Assembly: GCA_001626655.1 (NCBI GenBank)
Contig: LUOC01000124.1
Span: 1-45,067, forward strand
Direction of reading: 5' to 3'
Source: Fidelibacterota bacterium REDSEA-S14_B6
Lineage (GTDB): Bacteria > Fidelibacterota > Marinisomatia > Marinisomatales > S15-B10
Length of the DNA: 45,067 nt
Of the stretch, positions 44,700-45,067 are shown one piece after another. Numbering within the stretch: position 1 is the first letter of the stretch; every line of letters begins with the position of its first letter. The notes beneath the pieces were generated by a model. It worked only from the letters and a program-made list of their open reading frames with translations. It was not told where the DNA came from and did no database searches. Position numbers and translations under genes: made by a program.

Positions 44700-45067
44700 C
44701 TATTTTATAATCCGGGCAACAGCCTTGAACTGTTCGCCCTCGGCCAAGCCCAGCAGCTCAAAGAGCGCCATCTCCACGGATGTCCGTTGCGCTCCCATGT
44801 CTGCCATTTTTTGCAGGCCAAGCTTATGGTTCGGTTCGTGTCGGGACATAACACAGTCGGTTATAACGTGAACTTCGAAACCGTCCGTCAGCAGGTCTTG
44901 GACTGTTTGATAAACACACACATGAGTCTCAATTCCGCAGACGAGTATCTGGTTCCTGTCGTGCTCTTTTAGCTGCTCGCGTATCTGCTCATCGCCGAGA
45001 CAGCTGAACGACATCTTTTGAAGCGGCTGCTGACCGTTCATTTTCGCCGCCACATCCGGCAATGTGG
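44700..45067 (-). CDS. isochorismatase-family cysteine hydrolase (5' end outside the window)
   Basis: ILVCGIETHVCVYQTVQDLL contains the catalytic Cys block of the isochorismatase/nicotinamidase family. The N-terminal half of the fold is missing at the window edge. Confidence 0.7.
   Translation of the reverse strand, partial: TLPDVAAKMNGQQPLQKMSFSCLGDEQIREQLKEHDRNQILVCGIETHVCVYQTVQDLLTDGFEVHVITDCVMSRHEPNHKLGLQKMADMGAQRTSVEMALFELLGLAEGEQFKAVARIIK

Noticed and set aside
1-45067. Scan for CRISPR arrays, rRNA and tRNA genes
   Set aside because: I found no regularly spaced direct repeats, no long non-coding stretch (the largest intergenic gaps are about 180 nt), and no tRNA-like T-loop or acceptor features by eye.

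Overview
This 45-kb window is a densely coded piece of a diderm bacterial chromosome. Hand-sampled lines in most genes run about 55-60% GC, and genes are tightly packed with several ATGA/GTGA/TAAnATG start-stop overlaps. The phylum is not determinable from sequence alone; the exbB-exbD-exbD-tonB layout and DUF5020/DUF6090-like families hint at the FCB-group neighbourhood.

Most of the window is housekeeping:
- a gamma-glutamyl/glutathione cluster (plant-type gshA, PuuD-like amidohydrolase, ggt);
- a three-gene sdhCAB operon of the mycobacterial Sdh1-like type;
- the TonB energizer;
- Ctp protease;
- a lipid A cluster (lpxK, DUF374, lpxB);
- sodC and dusB;
- a sodium:solute symporter;
- an M16 peptidase pair.

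The non-routine parts are:
1. A sharply low-GC block at 31290-33415. It holds an integron-integrase-like tyrosine recombinase facing two cassette-like genes (APH-family kinase, truncated GNAT). It is bordered by gene remnants, including a chimeric rsmA'-'DUF6090-like pseudogene.
2. A wider compositionally mosaic region (about 30.0-37.6 kb) with two DUF6090-like paralogs flanking a DUF885 gene. One paralog has ATA where its sibling has ATG.
3. A 1044-aa fusion of a nucleotide-transporter-like membrane domain, HEAT repeats and a cNMP-binding domain. It is start/stop-overlapped with a DUF72 gene and convergent with a Tsx/DUF5020-like porin.
4. Two tandem, translationally coupled FG-GAP plus Ig-like (He_PIG/cadherin-like) surface proteins.
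5. A folA-like gene with an in-frame TAA.
6. Several structured intergenic elements.

I could not recognise any rRNA, tRNA or CRISPR array by eye. I did not find an obvious complete novel multi-gene system; the recombinase block and its junctions are my best candidate. An assembly chimera is a real alternative explanation for that block.
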